Source: Bdellovibrionota bacterium
GTDB taxonomy: Bacteria; Bdellovibrionota_C; UBA2361; CALJRW01
Direction: 5' to 3'
Length of the DNA: 64,000 nucleotides
Assembly: GCA_041740355.1 (NCBI GenBank)
Contig: JBGSMD010000016.1
Location: 160,001-224,000 of the forward strand
Shown: piece after piece, positions 30,207 through 40,933 of the stretch
Numbering within the stretch: position 1 is the stretch's first letter
Layout of the letters: every line of letters starts with the position of its first letter
Notes under the pieces: model-generated
What the model was told of the DNA's origin: nothing
The model's database searches: none
Seen by the model: the letters and a program-made list of their open reading frames with translations, nothing else
Translations under genes and position numbers: made by a program

Positions 30207-30461
30207 ACAACCTTTAGAAACAAAACCTATGTCTTAGCTAATCTGTCCAAAAACTTAATCTGCTTCTATCGATTTTTTTAGAATTTAAAGGCCTCCATTT
30301 TATATAGTTACAAAAACTGATTAATATTATTATCCTGTGTAATTCTAAGTAGTTACAACTCGCAATCTTAATAAATATACTTAATTTAACTTCAGTTTAC
30401 TAATACACCACTTGGGTAATAAGTGCCCTTTACTATGAAATACTATGGCAAATAGGTGAAA

Positions 30462-30773
30462 TTAAAATACAAAATCAACCAGTGCTCCGACAGCACGAAA
30501 TGGCAAGGCAATCACATCTCCCACAAAACCTACAGTACAACTTAATACCCCACCACAGCCATCATCTTCCGCTACTTCCAATTCACCAGAACTGACAGTT
30601 CGAGTGACTGTTCTTTCCTGCTCTCCGGTATTGGAATCAATCATGACAGTTTCGCTTGATTGACTAGTGGTGGTTCGATCTTGAGAACTACAGGCAACTA
30701 AAGTCATAAAAAATGATAATGCTAGTATAAAAACAATTCTTCGATAAATATTTAATTTCATTTTAGTCTGCAA
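30462..30773 (-). CDS. Small hypothetical lipoprotein
   Basis: Lipobox LVAC; C-terminal GVLSCTVGFVGDVIALPFRAVG amphipathic segment. Confidence 0.75.
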   Translation of the reverse strand: MQTKMKLNIYRRIVFILALSFFMTLVACSSQDRTTTSQSSETVMIDSNTGEQERTVTRTVSSGELEVAEDDGCGGVLSCTVGFVGDVIALPFRAVGALVDFVF

Positions 30774-31083
30774 TTTAAAGTAATAGCATATAATGCCAAA
30801 ATAAATCTCTTTCGCGTATGATAAAGATCAGACGAAGTGGCTGTCTTTGGTTAACTTCTCTTACAAAATCCAGAATTTGGAATATTACATTATAAAGCTT
30901 AAGCAGTGAGGTTGATAAAGAATGATTAAATTTGACAGAGCCGTGATCTTTATCTTTTTTTTGTATTAACTATTATCAGGATTACTACTAAAATATTGAA
31001 TTAGAATTTACTTGATACTCGAGAAACACCGAATAATTCAAATTTTAGTTTAATCCAAGCCTTTTTAATATAAATAGATTAGT

Positions 31084-31785
31084 ATGCTATCCATGAAACA
31101 GTCATTGGAACATCGCCCGCTTGCGGAAGAAAGAATGGACTCTCTTGTTCTCTCTAAAAATGAAATGCTTGGCGTAGAGCAGGCTTTAAACCGCATAAAT
31201 TATCTCAGTGGCAACTTCTTTCGGATTGCGCACTGGTTACGTGACGAATACCGGAAGAAAAACTCAGCAGAGTTTTCCTTTGCTGATATTGGTTGTGGTG
31301 GAGGTGGTTTGCTTCGATATTTAGAAAGTTATGCCCGTAGAAATAATTTCAAAGTAAAGTTTTATGGGATAGATTTAAATGAAACTTTAATCTCGATCGC
31401 TAACTCTTATAATACGAAAGAAGAAAGCATTAATTATTCCAGAAATTGCTTAGAGCAAACAGACAGTACTTACTCACTTATCAATACTAATCTAGTTTTA
31501 CATCACTTGTTACCTGAAGAAATTCAAGCATTTCTTAAATTAACTAAAGAAAGAGCTACAGTTGGAACCCGCCATGAAGATTTACTGCGTTCTCGAAGAG
31601 GCTTATATTTGGCAAGTATTTTCCCAAAACTTGTTACAAAAAGTGCGGTTGTTCATCATGACGCCAAAGTTTCTGTTTATCGTTCCTACTCACGAGAACA
31701 GTGGAAACTGATGGCAAATGAATCTGGTTATGAATTTAAAGCAATCTTTCCGGAAAGAGCATTATTAACAACGAAAGTTAAATGA
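31084..31785 (+). CDS. Class I SAM-dependent methyltransferase (type III PKS-associated subfamily)
   Basis: E.MD, L.RIN.LSG, DIGCGGG, LHH, DL.RS and HDA..SV.RSY motifs. Confidence 0.85.
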   Translation: MLSMKQSLEHRPLAEERMDSLVLSKNEMLGVEQALNRINYLSGNFFRIAHWLRDEYRKKNSAEFSFADIGCGGGGLLRYLESYARRNNFKVKFYGIDLNETLISIANSYNTKEESINYSRNCLEQTDSTYSLINTNLVLHHLLPEEIQAFLKLTKERATVGTRHEDLLRSRRGLYLASIFPKLVTKSAVVHHDAKVSVYRSYSREQWKLMANESGYEFKAIFPERALLTTKVK

Positions 31786-32840
31786 AATCTGCTTCGCCAA
31801 AAATAGCCATTATTGGTGCGGGGATTGCCGGAAGTTTTTTATCCTGCCTATTAGCAAAAAAGGGGTTTCAGAAAATTTCATTATTTGAAAAAAAATCACT
31901 TGTAGTTGATCATCTGCTAGGTAAAGTTTGTGGTGGATGTCTACATAAATCAGCTGTCAAAATTCTCAAAAAATACGATCTTGGTGAATTTATTCAGCCG
32001 GAGATGAAAATTAATTTTGTGACTCTAGTTTCTCCGGAGCAAAAGATCTCCTTTAATTATAATCATGGTGTATGGATTAATCGCAAAGCTTTGGATGATG
32101 GATTAAGGAATCATGCCGTAAACTTAGGTGTCGAATTAATTAACCATCAAGCAAAGATTCTTGATCTAAATGGCACGATTGCATTTGAAAACACGGAGCA
32201 GAGCTTTGATTTGATTATTGACGCTGGTGGTATTGGCGGCAAAGCACTTCCCGCATGGGAAGAATCAGAAAGAAAAGAAAGTGGATTTGGTTTTCAGGGA
32301 TATATTCCGGCAGAAAGCTTAAAAGCTTTAAACTCAATAAATTTAGAAACTGGTGAAGTTAGATTTTATTTAGATGATACCGGTTATCATGGAGTGGTAA
32401 GAGCTGAAGGTTTAAAACCTTATCTGCATGTGGCATCCTATCTTAAAGGTAAAAAACTTCAGACATCCCCTTTTCTTAAACAATTCTTCTCCCTTGAAGA
32501 GCTTTTAGAAAAGTCAGCAACAGAAACTCTTTATCGGAAAAGACTTCCGGCCAAGGGAAGGGTTTTGCTCTGTGGTGATTCGCTTGGGTATCCCGAACCC
32601 TTTACCGGTGAAGGGATGTACTTTGCGATTAATACTGCTGAGAGATTAGCGAACTTGATTGATCAGCAAATAACTATGGATCAGATGGTAAGCAAGTGGC
32701 AAGACCAAGTGATTAGTATTCAGCAGAGACAATGGCGGCGATGCCAAATGGCGACCTGGATGATTAATAGTTCCCTAAAAAGAAAACTTATCTTTCCACT
32801 TATTCCCTACTTAGCACCGGTGGTCACAAAACTTTGGTAA
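31782..32840 (+). CDS. FAD-dependent oxidoreductase (geranylgeranyl-reductase-like)
   Basis: IIGAGIAG, KVCGGCL, R..LD, and GD..G..EPFTGEGM motifs; 4-bp overlap with the upstream gene. Confidence 0.88.
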   Translation: MKSASPKIAIIGAGIAGSFLSCLLAKKGFQKISLFEKKSLVVDHLLGKVCGGCLHKSAVKILKKYDLGEFIQPEMKINFVTLVSPEQKISFNYNHGVWINRKALDDGLRNHAVNLGVELINHQAKILDLNGTIAFENTEQSFDLIIDAGGIGGKALPAWEESERKESGFGFQGYIPAESLKALNSINLETGEVRFYLDDTGYHGVVRAEGLKPYLHVASYLKGKKLQTSPFLKQFFSLEELLEKSATETLYRKRLPAKGRVLLCGDSLGYPEPFTGEGMYFAINTAERLANLIDQQITMDQMVSKWQDQVISIQQRQWRRCQMATWMINSSLKRKLIFPLIPYLAPVVTKLW

Positions 32841-32935
32841 AAAATGAAAATCTAATAACCTTATTCCATTTTATTCTATTTATTTTGAAAAAAGTATTGC
32901 CTTTATGATCCCTAGCATTACATAGACACGATCAT

Positions 32936-33304
32936 TTAAGTAATAAACTTACAGGAAATCCCCAGCGACTGCGATTCGATCAGGTTTTTAATCTTTTCCA
33001 AATCAAAATTTGGCATTACATGTCTAACTCTCAATTGAATCTCTGTTGCATTACCTTTGGAAAAACCAATCCCAAGGTAATGGCTTTCAGGATCATATTC
33101 AACACCGATCGCCTCTAATTCATTCTCTAAATTTAACATGATTAAGGCATGAGAACTACTACTGAATCGAATAAAAGTGATCCCTTTAACTTCACTAATT
33201 AAAAATGCCTGTGTTTGATCAAATTGATAGTGTCCAAGAACCGGAAGGCTTTTAAGTTGATTAAGGATAATTTCATCTTTTCTTTTTTCAGAAAACATAT
33301 TCAT
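32936..33304 (-). CDS. Hypothetical protein
   Basis: 122-aa ORF with an AGGA RBS upstream; no motif recognised. Confidence 0.55.
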   Translation of the reverse strand: MNMFSEKRKDEIILNQLKSLPVLGHYQFDQTQAFLISEVKGITFIRFSSSSHALIMLNLENELEAIGVEYDPESHYLGIGFSKGNATEIQLRVRHVMPNFDLEKIKNLIESQSLGISCKFIT

Positions 33305-33439
33305 ATTTTATCCTACAGTTGTCAGATTCGAGCTGCCTCAATTAAACGTCAATCATAAATAATCAAACTTGGAAATTTTCTTTTATTTAGTAATTAAATT
33401 GCTCTTAAGAAAATTTGAAATTTAGTAAAAGTAAAAAAT

Positions 33440-34366
33440 TTAAATATTCTCTGGGCGGACTAACTTTTCCTCATTATCCACTTGGTCAATAAAACCAATA
33501 ATGTCCTTTGGTTTAATCCTTAAAAAAGCTGTATTAACTCCAACCATATCTCGAATAGTATCAATTAAATCTTCTGCTGTTGGGTTCTGATGAAGCCGAA
33601 TCGCATTATATACAAATGCAACTGCAGGCGGAATATCGTCCTTTCTATAGTGTTGATAATCTTCCACGAAATCTAGAGCCCCGCCACCAATCTTAATAAC
33701 CACTGGAGCATGTTCTTTTGCGAGAGGTTCCAAACTTGTCTGAATATTTTCTAGAATACTTCTTGATTTTTCTGGTAGATCACTTCTTTCTAATAATCCC
33801 GGAATAGTTAGTAACATCCGGTGTCCTGCCTCTCCAACTGTCCTCATTGCATAGCTAGCAGCAGTCCAAAATTGACCTGTTCCAAAGACTCTCTCTCCTG
33901 TTCGATCTTTTATGTCTAGATCCAGTCCCGGAACCTCATATGATTTATCCCCTAGCACCTCATGACAAATACGCCGAAACTCTGGCCAATTGCTTTCATT
34001 GACTGGGGCTGACTCGCGGTTGATTCCTCGTTCTAAAATACTATCCAAATGCTGTTTATTTGTTCCATGAAAAATTATGGGCTGAGTTTTAATGTATTCA
34101 ATGAACTGGCCAATATTTTTAAGTGTGATGATTGTCTCTGCTTGGATCTCTTGGGTATTAACAGTTGGATTTTCAGACCGCGACTCTCCCCTTTGAAAAA
34201 TAGCAGGCTTAGTAATACCCACAAACTCATCCCTAGAATTTCCTAAGACATTTTCCGACCCAAGCGCAACTGAAGATGATGCATCTGGCGCTGGTTCGAC
34301 GGCAAGGGAGCAAGGGGGTTTATTCTGATACATATTCATTTGTAGAATATCTGCAAAAACATGCAA
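33440..34366 (-). CDS. Hypothetical protein with a possible ADP-ribosyltransferase-like fold
   Basis: IIFHGTNKQHLDSILERGI and VF.T.....A.SYA patterns; disordered N-terminus; start codon uncertain. Confidence 0.55.
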   Translation of the reverse strand: MHVFADILQMNMYQNKPPCSLAVEPAPDASSSVALGSENVLGNSRDEFVGITKPAIFQRGESRSENPTVNTQEIQAETIITLKNIGQFIEYIKTQPIIFHGTNKQHLDSILERGINRESAPVNESNWPEFRRICHEVLGDKSYEVPGLDLDIKDRTGERVFGTGQFWTAASYAMRTVGEAGHRMLLTIPGLLERSDLPEKSRSILENIQTSLEPLAKEHAPVVIKIGGGALDFVEDYQHYRKDDIPPAVAFVYNAIRLHQNPTAEDLIDTIRDMVGVNTAFLRIKPKDIIGFIDQVDNEEKLVRPENI

Positions 34367-34475
34367 TCTGCTCCAATTAATAAAATTAGCTATTTTAAGG
34401 TAACGCTAACAAAGAATTACGTGGTTAAAATTACTTATGAGCTATGCTGAGAGTATAAGCAATTCTAGAGCTAGG

Positions 34476-35507
34476 CTAATCAAGATGCTCAAAACCCTGC
34501 GTCGTGATAACTTTTAAAGTCGCAGGCAAAGTGAAGTCGTTTTTTCCTGTAGCACTGTAAGTTCCATTAGCACCTTTAAAATCTTTAACAGTGTGCAGAT
34601 ACTTATTTAAATCTCCACTATTAAAACCTTCAATAATCATTTTTGAAATATCAAAAGCGTTAATTGCACCACTTGCAGGCAGAGTATGATACTTTTCTTC
34701 ATAAAGATCATAAAATTCTTGCCCTTCACGATCGTTTCCAGTTACATAGTAAGAATTTAGCAAGGCTCCATTTGAAACTTTTACTTCATTAGGATCTTCC
34801 AAATTAGGAGCTCCGAAGATGTCTCCTTGATATCCAGCCTTTCGAAGTTCTTTTGACAGAAGACTTGTTTGCGGTGCCCACAAAAGATTATAGGTAGCAG
34901 TAGGATTTAACTGTTTGATTTTACTTGCAACTGCTTTAAAATCAGTTTCTTCAGGATTAAACTCCTTCTGATAAACAATATTTTTTTGACTCTTAGAAAA
35001 TAGTTCTTTTAATTTCAGCATCGAGTCATTTGTTGTGGCTACTACAGCGTATGAGCTGTACTGCTTAATTTCCAGATATTGCCGCAATGCTTCGTCGATA
35101 GCATCAGCGGTCACAAAATGCTTAACTACAAACTCTTTGTCTTTTACTACGGAATCAAGCATTGAAATTGCAATCATCGGAATTTTTTTTCCTTCTGCAA
35201 TTGGAGCCACAGCTAAAGAAGTCGGCGTGCCAAAAACGATTAAAGCAGTAACTTTATCTACCTGAATCAGTTTCATTACTGCATTAACAGTATTTTTTGG
35301 TTTTAATTGATCATCTTCAAAAATAAATTCAATCTTTTGATCTGGATCAAATTTTTCACTGCTTAAAGTAACCGCATTCTTAATACTAAGCCCATTAGAG
35401 CTGGCTCCTCCCGTTAAGGGCACAACTACTCCAACTTTAGTAATAGTATTCTCAGCTAATATAGGAAAAGAGACTAATAATAATAAAACTATTTTTATTA
35501 AATTCAT
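34476..35507 (-). CDS. ABC-transporter substrate-binding protein (LivJ / branched-chain amino-acid family), orphan
   Basis: KVGVVVPLTG...G, FEDDQ.KP, ETDFK...KIK and F.GANG motifs; signal peptide. Confidence 0.88.
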   Translation of the reverse strand: MNLIKIVLLLLVSFPILAENTITKVGVVVPLTGGASSNGLSIKNAVTLSSEKFDPDQKIEFIFEDDQLKPKNTVNAVMKLIQVDKVTALIVFGTPTSLAVAPIAEGKKIPMIAISMLDSVVKDKEFVVKHFVTADAIDEALRQYLEIKQYSSYAVVATTNDSMLKLKELFSKSQKNIVYQKEFNPEETDFKAVASKIKQLNPTATYNLLWAPQTSLLSKELRKAGYQGDIFGAPNLEDPNEVKVSNGALLNSYYVTGNDREGQEFYDLYEEKYHTLPASGAINAFDISKMIIEGFNSGDLNKYLHTVKDFKGANGTYSATGKNDFTLPATLKVITTQGFEHLD

Positions 35508-35919
35508 TTAATTTCTAAACTGTAACAATAATCTTGGAGGAAGCATTTGTTTATTACTTTAAGAAAATGCCTGACTAAATACTCTTACCATAATTGAAAT
35601 ATTATAAAACTCATTTTATTATTATGAACATTTACCACTCAAAGTATCGACGGTCCCTAACTCTGACTCGATAGTCATTCTTATCCCATTATTAAGGATC
35701 TCACTACCGATTAGCTACGTGATTAGAATTTGAAGTGTGAATTAACTCCCTGATTTCCCATCGATTAGGCAGACAAATCTGAAAAAGTTAAGCTAGGATT
35801 GACATAAATTAGTTTGAAGCATTACTGTTCTACCAGCTGATATATTCTAGCGAAAGATTATTTGCCTGTATCAACTCAGCAATCGTACTATTTCGCAAAG
35901 CGCAATATTTATAGGCTTA

Positions 35920-38211
35920 TTAAATAGTAGAGTTGCACCTTACCCATTCAATTAGGTCATGCCTAGTAACTCCCGGAATCTGACTAATAAGCCTTGCGAA
36001 GCCCTGATTAGAATCAAAAGACTGTCCATTAGTTTTCTGAACTGCAGGATTAGATTCATTTGGAAAATGAAGGTGATATTGTCTTAACACTTTATTGCGA
36101 GTCTCCATTACTCTTTCTATGCTATTGGGTTTTTGAGGTTTGTTGTAAGTATAGTATTTGGAAGCCAAATTTATTAAACTTTTTCTGATATCAGAATTTC
36201 CCCTTTTCTCCATTTCGCAACACCAGGACTCGATTACAGCTGACATTAAAGAGTGCTGACCTGATAAAGTAATGAAAATAGCGACAGGCTCTTCTGGTGA
36301 AATCGATCCTAATTTAAAAATTTTATCTAATCCTTCCTGTGCTGCTGGTAATGACGTTCGCTCTTCTGATTTCCAAGCAGCATGATAACGAATCAGCGTA
36401 TGAGCTTTAATTACATCTGCCCTCCCTTGATAATTATTTCTCCAAAATCCTGAAAGCTTCTCTGATTTAGAACTAATGTAAGTATCAACTGCCCTAAAGA
36501 TCAAGTTGTTTTGTTGCGCCACTTTTTCTGCATAATCTAAATGCCAGTTAACAAACATGTCTTCAGTTAAAATTAATTTATTTTCATAAAGTAATTTTTT
36601 AACCCACGGTAAAGGTATAGTAACTTTACCAGCGACATAATCGTTTACATTCTGTATACTAAGACCCGCACGACTGGTAGCAGCAGCAATCCCATCTCCT
36701 AAAGCTTTTTGGGAAGTCGCTTTAAAAGTATTTGCTAATACGTCACAACTTCTAATATCAAAAAGTTTAATCCAAGAGTTAACAACATCAATCGATTTTT
36801 TATCGCCAACTCTTGTAATGGTATCAAGCAAATCTCGAGATTCAATTACTTCACTCATCTTCGGAAATTTTATAACTGGAAATTTTTTGCTTATAGATTT
36901 TGGCAAGTCAGAAAGCTGCAATCCATATTGCAACATGAGTTGATAGGCATATCCTAATTCTTTTCCCTGCTGTTCTGAGGTTCTTTCTCTAGCTGAAAGA
37001 ACTTGCTCCATAAGATCTTCGACTTGTCCAATTTCTTTACAAGCTAGACAGAGTAAAGCATGAAATGAAAACTGCGCATTCCCGAGTCTGAGGTTATTAA
37101 TAATTGGAAAAATTTCACTTGGCTTAATAGAAGTGTTAAAAATAACTGCTAGTGTATTAGTTGTAATGGAATTATTGGTAAGTGCCTCCCTAATTTTCTC
37201 GACTACCTTGATACTTTCATTAACTGCTGGAAGTGATTCAATTAGTAAAGATCTATTGTTTAGATATGTTGCAGTAACTTCAGAAGTCACCTTTGCTTCA
37301 ACAAGCCCTCGAGTTATTTTTTGCGTGGCTTCAGCATTTAGTTCAAGTCTCATTAAGGATCTAATTGCAGTATGGCCAATCTGATATCGCTCGGCCATTT
37401 TATCTCTAGCTGCTTCTCCTTCGATCGAAGCTAAAGATTTAAATATTAAAGCTAACTGTTCAGCATTCGTTAGCTTTTTTCCTTTTGCTTCCCAGGCTAC
37501 TTTTTCATCACTAATCCAAGCTTCAAATAACTCTTCGACAAATGGATGCTCCATTAAAGAATCTCTTGCCTGATGATACAAGCCAAACTCATTTTTTATA
37601 TCAAATTCAATGATTTTCTTAACTAAATTAATATTATCAATTAGTTTCCCAGCATAACCTTCCCGATCTCTATGTCGAATAGTATCAATTGTTATTCCTG
37701 CTACTTGATTTATTGTTTCTTCCCCATAGAAGTAAATTAGCCTCGCAATAAAACGGTTGGTGAATGATTTAAAAGGTGTTACTTGAGTTAAGAGATTGCT
37801 TGCTTCCAATCTAAATGCTTGAATTAATCCAAAAATTTCTGAATCGTCTCTAGAAAAAATCTTAGGCCATTCGTTAACTAATTTTGAATAAGTAATGGTT
37901 CGAGCCTTACCATCTTCTGCATTCTTTATAGCTTGGTGACTATTAAGCTCAGAAACTTGACCATATTGTTTTTTAGATAAATCTAAGATTAAGGTTCTTA
38001 CCACCACACAAAGATACCCAAGTTGACCTAATGGATTTTTTTCATTTTCTATCCAAGCCTTTTCTAAGTCTTTATTATGTCGTTCGTGGTGACTTTTTAT
38101 TCGAACCCAATGAGTAGATATCTGATAGAGAGCACCCATCACGGGACATTTTTTTATTACTTGAATGTTTAAATCGGGATTTGCAGGTTTTAATTGGGGA
38201 ATGAAATACAT
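35920..38211 (-). CDS. Large hypothetical protein with possible multiple HTH-like segments
   Basis: 763-aa ORF; segments such as AATSRAGLSIQNVNDYVAGKVTIP resemble XRE HTH motifs. Confidence 0.65.
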   Translation of the reverse strand: MYFIPQLKPANPDLNIQVIKKCPVMGALYQISTHWVRIKSHHERHNKDLEKAWIENEKNPLGQLGYLCVVVRTLILDLSKKQYGQVSELNSHQAIKNAEDGKARTITYSKLVNEWPKIFSRDDSEIFGLIQAFRLEASNLLTQVTPFKSFTNRFIARLIYFYGEETINQVAGITIDTIRHRDREGYAGKLIDNINLVKKIIEFDIKNEFGLYHQARDSLMEHPFVEELFEAWISDEKVAWEAKGKKLTNAEQLALIFKSLASIEGEAARDKMAERYQIGHTAIRSLMRLELNAEATQKITRGLVEAKVTSEVTATYLNNRSLLIESLPAVNESIKVVEKIREALTNNSITTNTLAVIFNTSIKPSEIFPIINNLRLGNAQFSFHALLCLACKEIGQVEDLMEQVLSARERTSEQQGKELGYAYQLMLQYGLQLSDLPKSISKKFPVIKFPKMSEVIESRDLLDTITRVGDKKSIDVVNSWIKLFDIRSCDVLANTFKATSQKALGDGIAAATSRAGLSIQNVNDYVAGKVTIPLPWVKKLLYENKLILTEDMFVNWHLDYAEKVAQQNNLIFRAVDTYISSKSEKLSGFWRNNYQGRADVIKAHTLIRYHAAWKSEERTSLPAAQEGLDKIFKLGSISPEEPVAIFITLSGQHSLMSAVIESWCCEMEKRGNSDIRKSLINLASKYYTYNKPQKPNSIERVMETRNKVLRQYHLHFPNESNPAVQKTNGQSFDSNQGFARLISQIPGVTRHDLIEWVRCNSTI

Positions 38212-38545
38212 ACTGACTTACTACTTAAGTTAGTAATATTAATACCTTATTAATCTTAGTCAATAAAATTAATTTAAATTTTAACAAACCTTATATTTAG
38301 TTTGTTAAATCATGGGCGCCTGGCTTCTGCAATAATCACATACTTTAGATGCAGAAAATAAAGGTTGATAAGATTATAGGCAGAATTGTAATCTTTACCA
38401 CAGAACTTAATAGAACATAGTAAAAATAATACTCTAAAGCTTAGTTTAGTGTCATAGATTCCCATTGACCACTACAATAAAATCTAAGATAGTATAGCTG
38501 CTTGTATCTTCCAAATAACAATTTCTAATTTAGGCGAAACTCAAC

Positions 38546-38965
38546 ATGAAAAAACTCTTATTCTTACTTTCATTATTGTTATCAACTAATATCGTTCTAG
38601 CCGAAACTATTTGCGAGCAACGCTATAATAACTATTTATTAACTAATGATTATAATTATTCTCAATTAGCTAGTGAATGTGATCCTGATTCAGCTGTTAG
38701 CGATTCCGAATTTGTACTAAGTTTAGATTGCCAAGAAAAATATGATCAGTTAGGAATTTCTTCTTCTCAGGAGTTAGCTTTAATTACGGATGATTGTCCG
38801 GAGATCTCTCAAATCTTGGAAACTTTTCAGTTTGATCTCAATTCTGAAGATAGTCCAAGCCTACAAAGCTTAACTAAGCGTCAATTGATTAAGAAAGTAA
38901 AAAAACTTCGGGAAAAAAATAAAAACTTAAAGAATCGATTACAAGAAAGATGTGCCAATAATTAG
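38546..38965 (+). CDS. Secreted hypothetical protein with a short Cys repeat and a basic coiled-coil tail
   Basis: Signal peptide (VLA); CEQRY...EC / CQEKY...DC duplication; LTKRQLIKKVKKLREKNKNLKNRLQERC tail. Confidence 0.75.
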   Translation: MKKLLFLLSLLLSTNIVLAETICEQRYNNYLLTNDYNYSQLASECDPDSAVSDSEFVLSLDCQEKYDQLGISSSQELALITDDCPEISQILETFQFDLNSEDSPSLQSLTKRQLIKKVKKLREKNKNLKNRLQERCANN

Positions 38966-39284
38966 CTTGATTACATATTTGAGTATTAATTTTCCGGACT
39001 GTTTGCTTAGCCTTAAGCTTAGCGTGAAGACATAACAGGCTACAAAAGAGTTTAAACAACCCAAGGGATTTCTACCACTTGGCTTAATAGTTGATCAGTT
39101 TTAAACCTTTAATACTGCAGCAAAAAGTCGCCAGGCAATTGGTAAAATACACTTTAGCGCAGTCACTTCAATCACTTACAGCTATGCAGATATAGATATG
39201 AAACTAATTTAATTCGGATACTGCTTCCCCCACTTAAAGCAAATGATAACCAAGGTTTTCTTCGATGCTTTTGTTTTCAATTAA

Positions 39285-40340
39285 TTAGTTTGATTTAATT
39301 TTGATAGCTAGCTCAGGTGGATCCACAATGATTACATTCATTTCTTGCTCAAGCATAAACTCCTGTAAAGGCTTCATGTCATCAGCGCTGTATTTTAAAG
39401 TATGCCTTGCTCCAAAAATAATTGCTGCATTTTTAAATCCAGTTTCCGTTCTAAGCTGACTTAATCTGTCGATGCTGTTCTGATTACGCTCTTCTAAAAT
39501 TTCCGGACTTACTACATCGCGAAACTTCTTATACCATTCTGCCAGATCCTTAAATAAACTTTTTTCAATAACTGCCATTTCAGTCTGATTGCCATTAAGT
39601 TTGGCTGCTGCAGTTGTAATTGATTTAGGTAGAGGAATTTCCGGATAATTAGCTCCTAACCAATCTAATGCCGTAGTGAGATATACCGAATGCTTTGTCG
39701 ATTTACCCCCAACTGACATTACACAATGCCCTTTAGTTGCAATCTCTTCTTCTATAAAATCCAAACTGTGAATCACAATACCTATAACCTGTTGCTTAAG
39801 AGCCTTTTTTTTATCCAGTGTCTCCAGACCTGTGACAGTGCATTCAAGTCTTGATTCTTCAATATGTTTGTTGAGAGAAAAGCCAGAAGTATCTATCGGA
39901 GTATAGACTTGTACTAAACTCCCAATTTTTAAGGTGTTTGGAATTGCATCAGCTACGGCGAATATTTTTTTGTATTCAGCAAGCACTTCTTTATCAAAGG
40001 GATGCTGGGTAGTGTATGAGTTACCCTCTAGTCCGATGATATCTAACTTGAAAACCTCATTTAATCGGAGAACGCTTTCTGCTATCTTCTTCTCTACTTC
40101 CGATTTGTGGATTGAACTAAATATTACCACAGTACAATCACTATTGTTAAAGTAATGCTCTCTGACATTCATTAAACCAGAAATCTTTGCTAAGTTTTGT
40201 TCAAATAATTTTTGATTAGGATCTAATGTAGCTTTTGGCTTGCATCCTGTACTTAATAGAAAAGCACTAGCAATAAGTGACAATTTAGCTCCAAATGATT
40301 TAGACAGTGATTGGCTTTGATTGCTAGGAAGATTATCCAT
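39285..40340 (-). CDS. Putative lipoprotein with EreA/ChaN/Tiki-TraB-like motifs
   Basis: Lipobox LSTGC; motifs ...IH, IIGLEG, ERN and AIIFGARH in the order typical of that superfamily. Confidence 0.6.
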   Translation of the reverse strand: MDNLPSNQSQSLSKSFGAKLSLIASAFLLSTGCKPKATLDPNQKLFEQNLAKISGLMNVREHYFNNSDCTVVIFSSIHKSEVEKKIAESVLRLNEVFKLDIIGLEGNSYTTQHPFDKEVLAEYKKIFAVADAIPNTLKIGSLVQVYTPIDTSGFSLNKHIEESRLECTVTGLETLDKKKALKQQVIGIVIHSLDFIEEEIATKGHCVMSVGGKSTKHSVYLTTALDWLGANYPEIPLPKSITTAAAKLNGNQTEMAVIEKSLFKDLAEWYKKFRDVVSPEILEERNQNSIDRLSQLRTETGFKNAAIIFGARHTLKYSADDMKPLQEFMLEQEMNVIIVDPPELAIKIKSN

Positions 40341-40933
40341 GTATTTTTTATGAATTAAAAATAGTATTCCAAAAGTTCCACTAGTTCTAATGATAAATTA
40401 AGTAATAACCTGAATGCTTGGGAAAATGTCTTGCACATTTTAAGCTTATTTAGGTTTTAGTATATTTATTTCTCTCAATTATTAACCTCATCTTATAATG
40501 TTAATCGAGGCTATACCCTAGGGTCGAGTGAACTTGATATAATAGAGAACTAGTTTTTATTACGATAGTTTTTATATCTCCCAGTATATTATGCAAAAAC
40601 AGGATCTTAGTAAAACTAGCTGCACGTATTTACAAAGGAATAAGAAGTTTGCTTAAAAAATAAAGAATGTTGACTTCTCAAATCCTAAGCTATCAACTTT
40701 AGTTCTACCCCAAAAATTGATAGTGCATTACAACTGAGAAGCGATCTTATGCACTCCATATCCAATATTTTGACTTTAGGTTTTAAGTATCTAATTCCTG
40801 CGGCATATCGTTTGATTTTTCAATCTTGGCATCTTCAGATTGATTGATAAAGACCACTATCAAGGATCTTAAGCTGGGTGCTAAAAAAGGTTTAAAATTT
40901 GCTTAACATCTAATTATCTGTAATCTTTTACTA

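Noticed and set aside
30786-30799. TGGC...TGC sigma-54-like motif upstream of the small lipoprotein
   Set aside because: GG-to-GC spacing is 8 nt instead of the required 10
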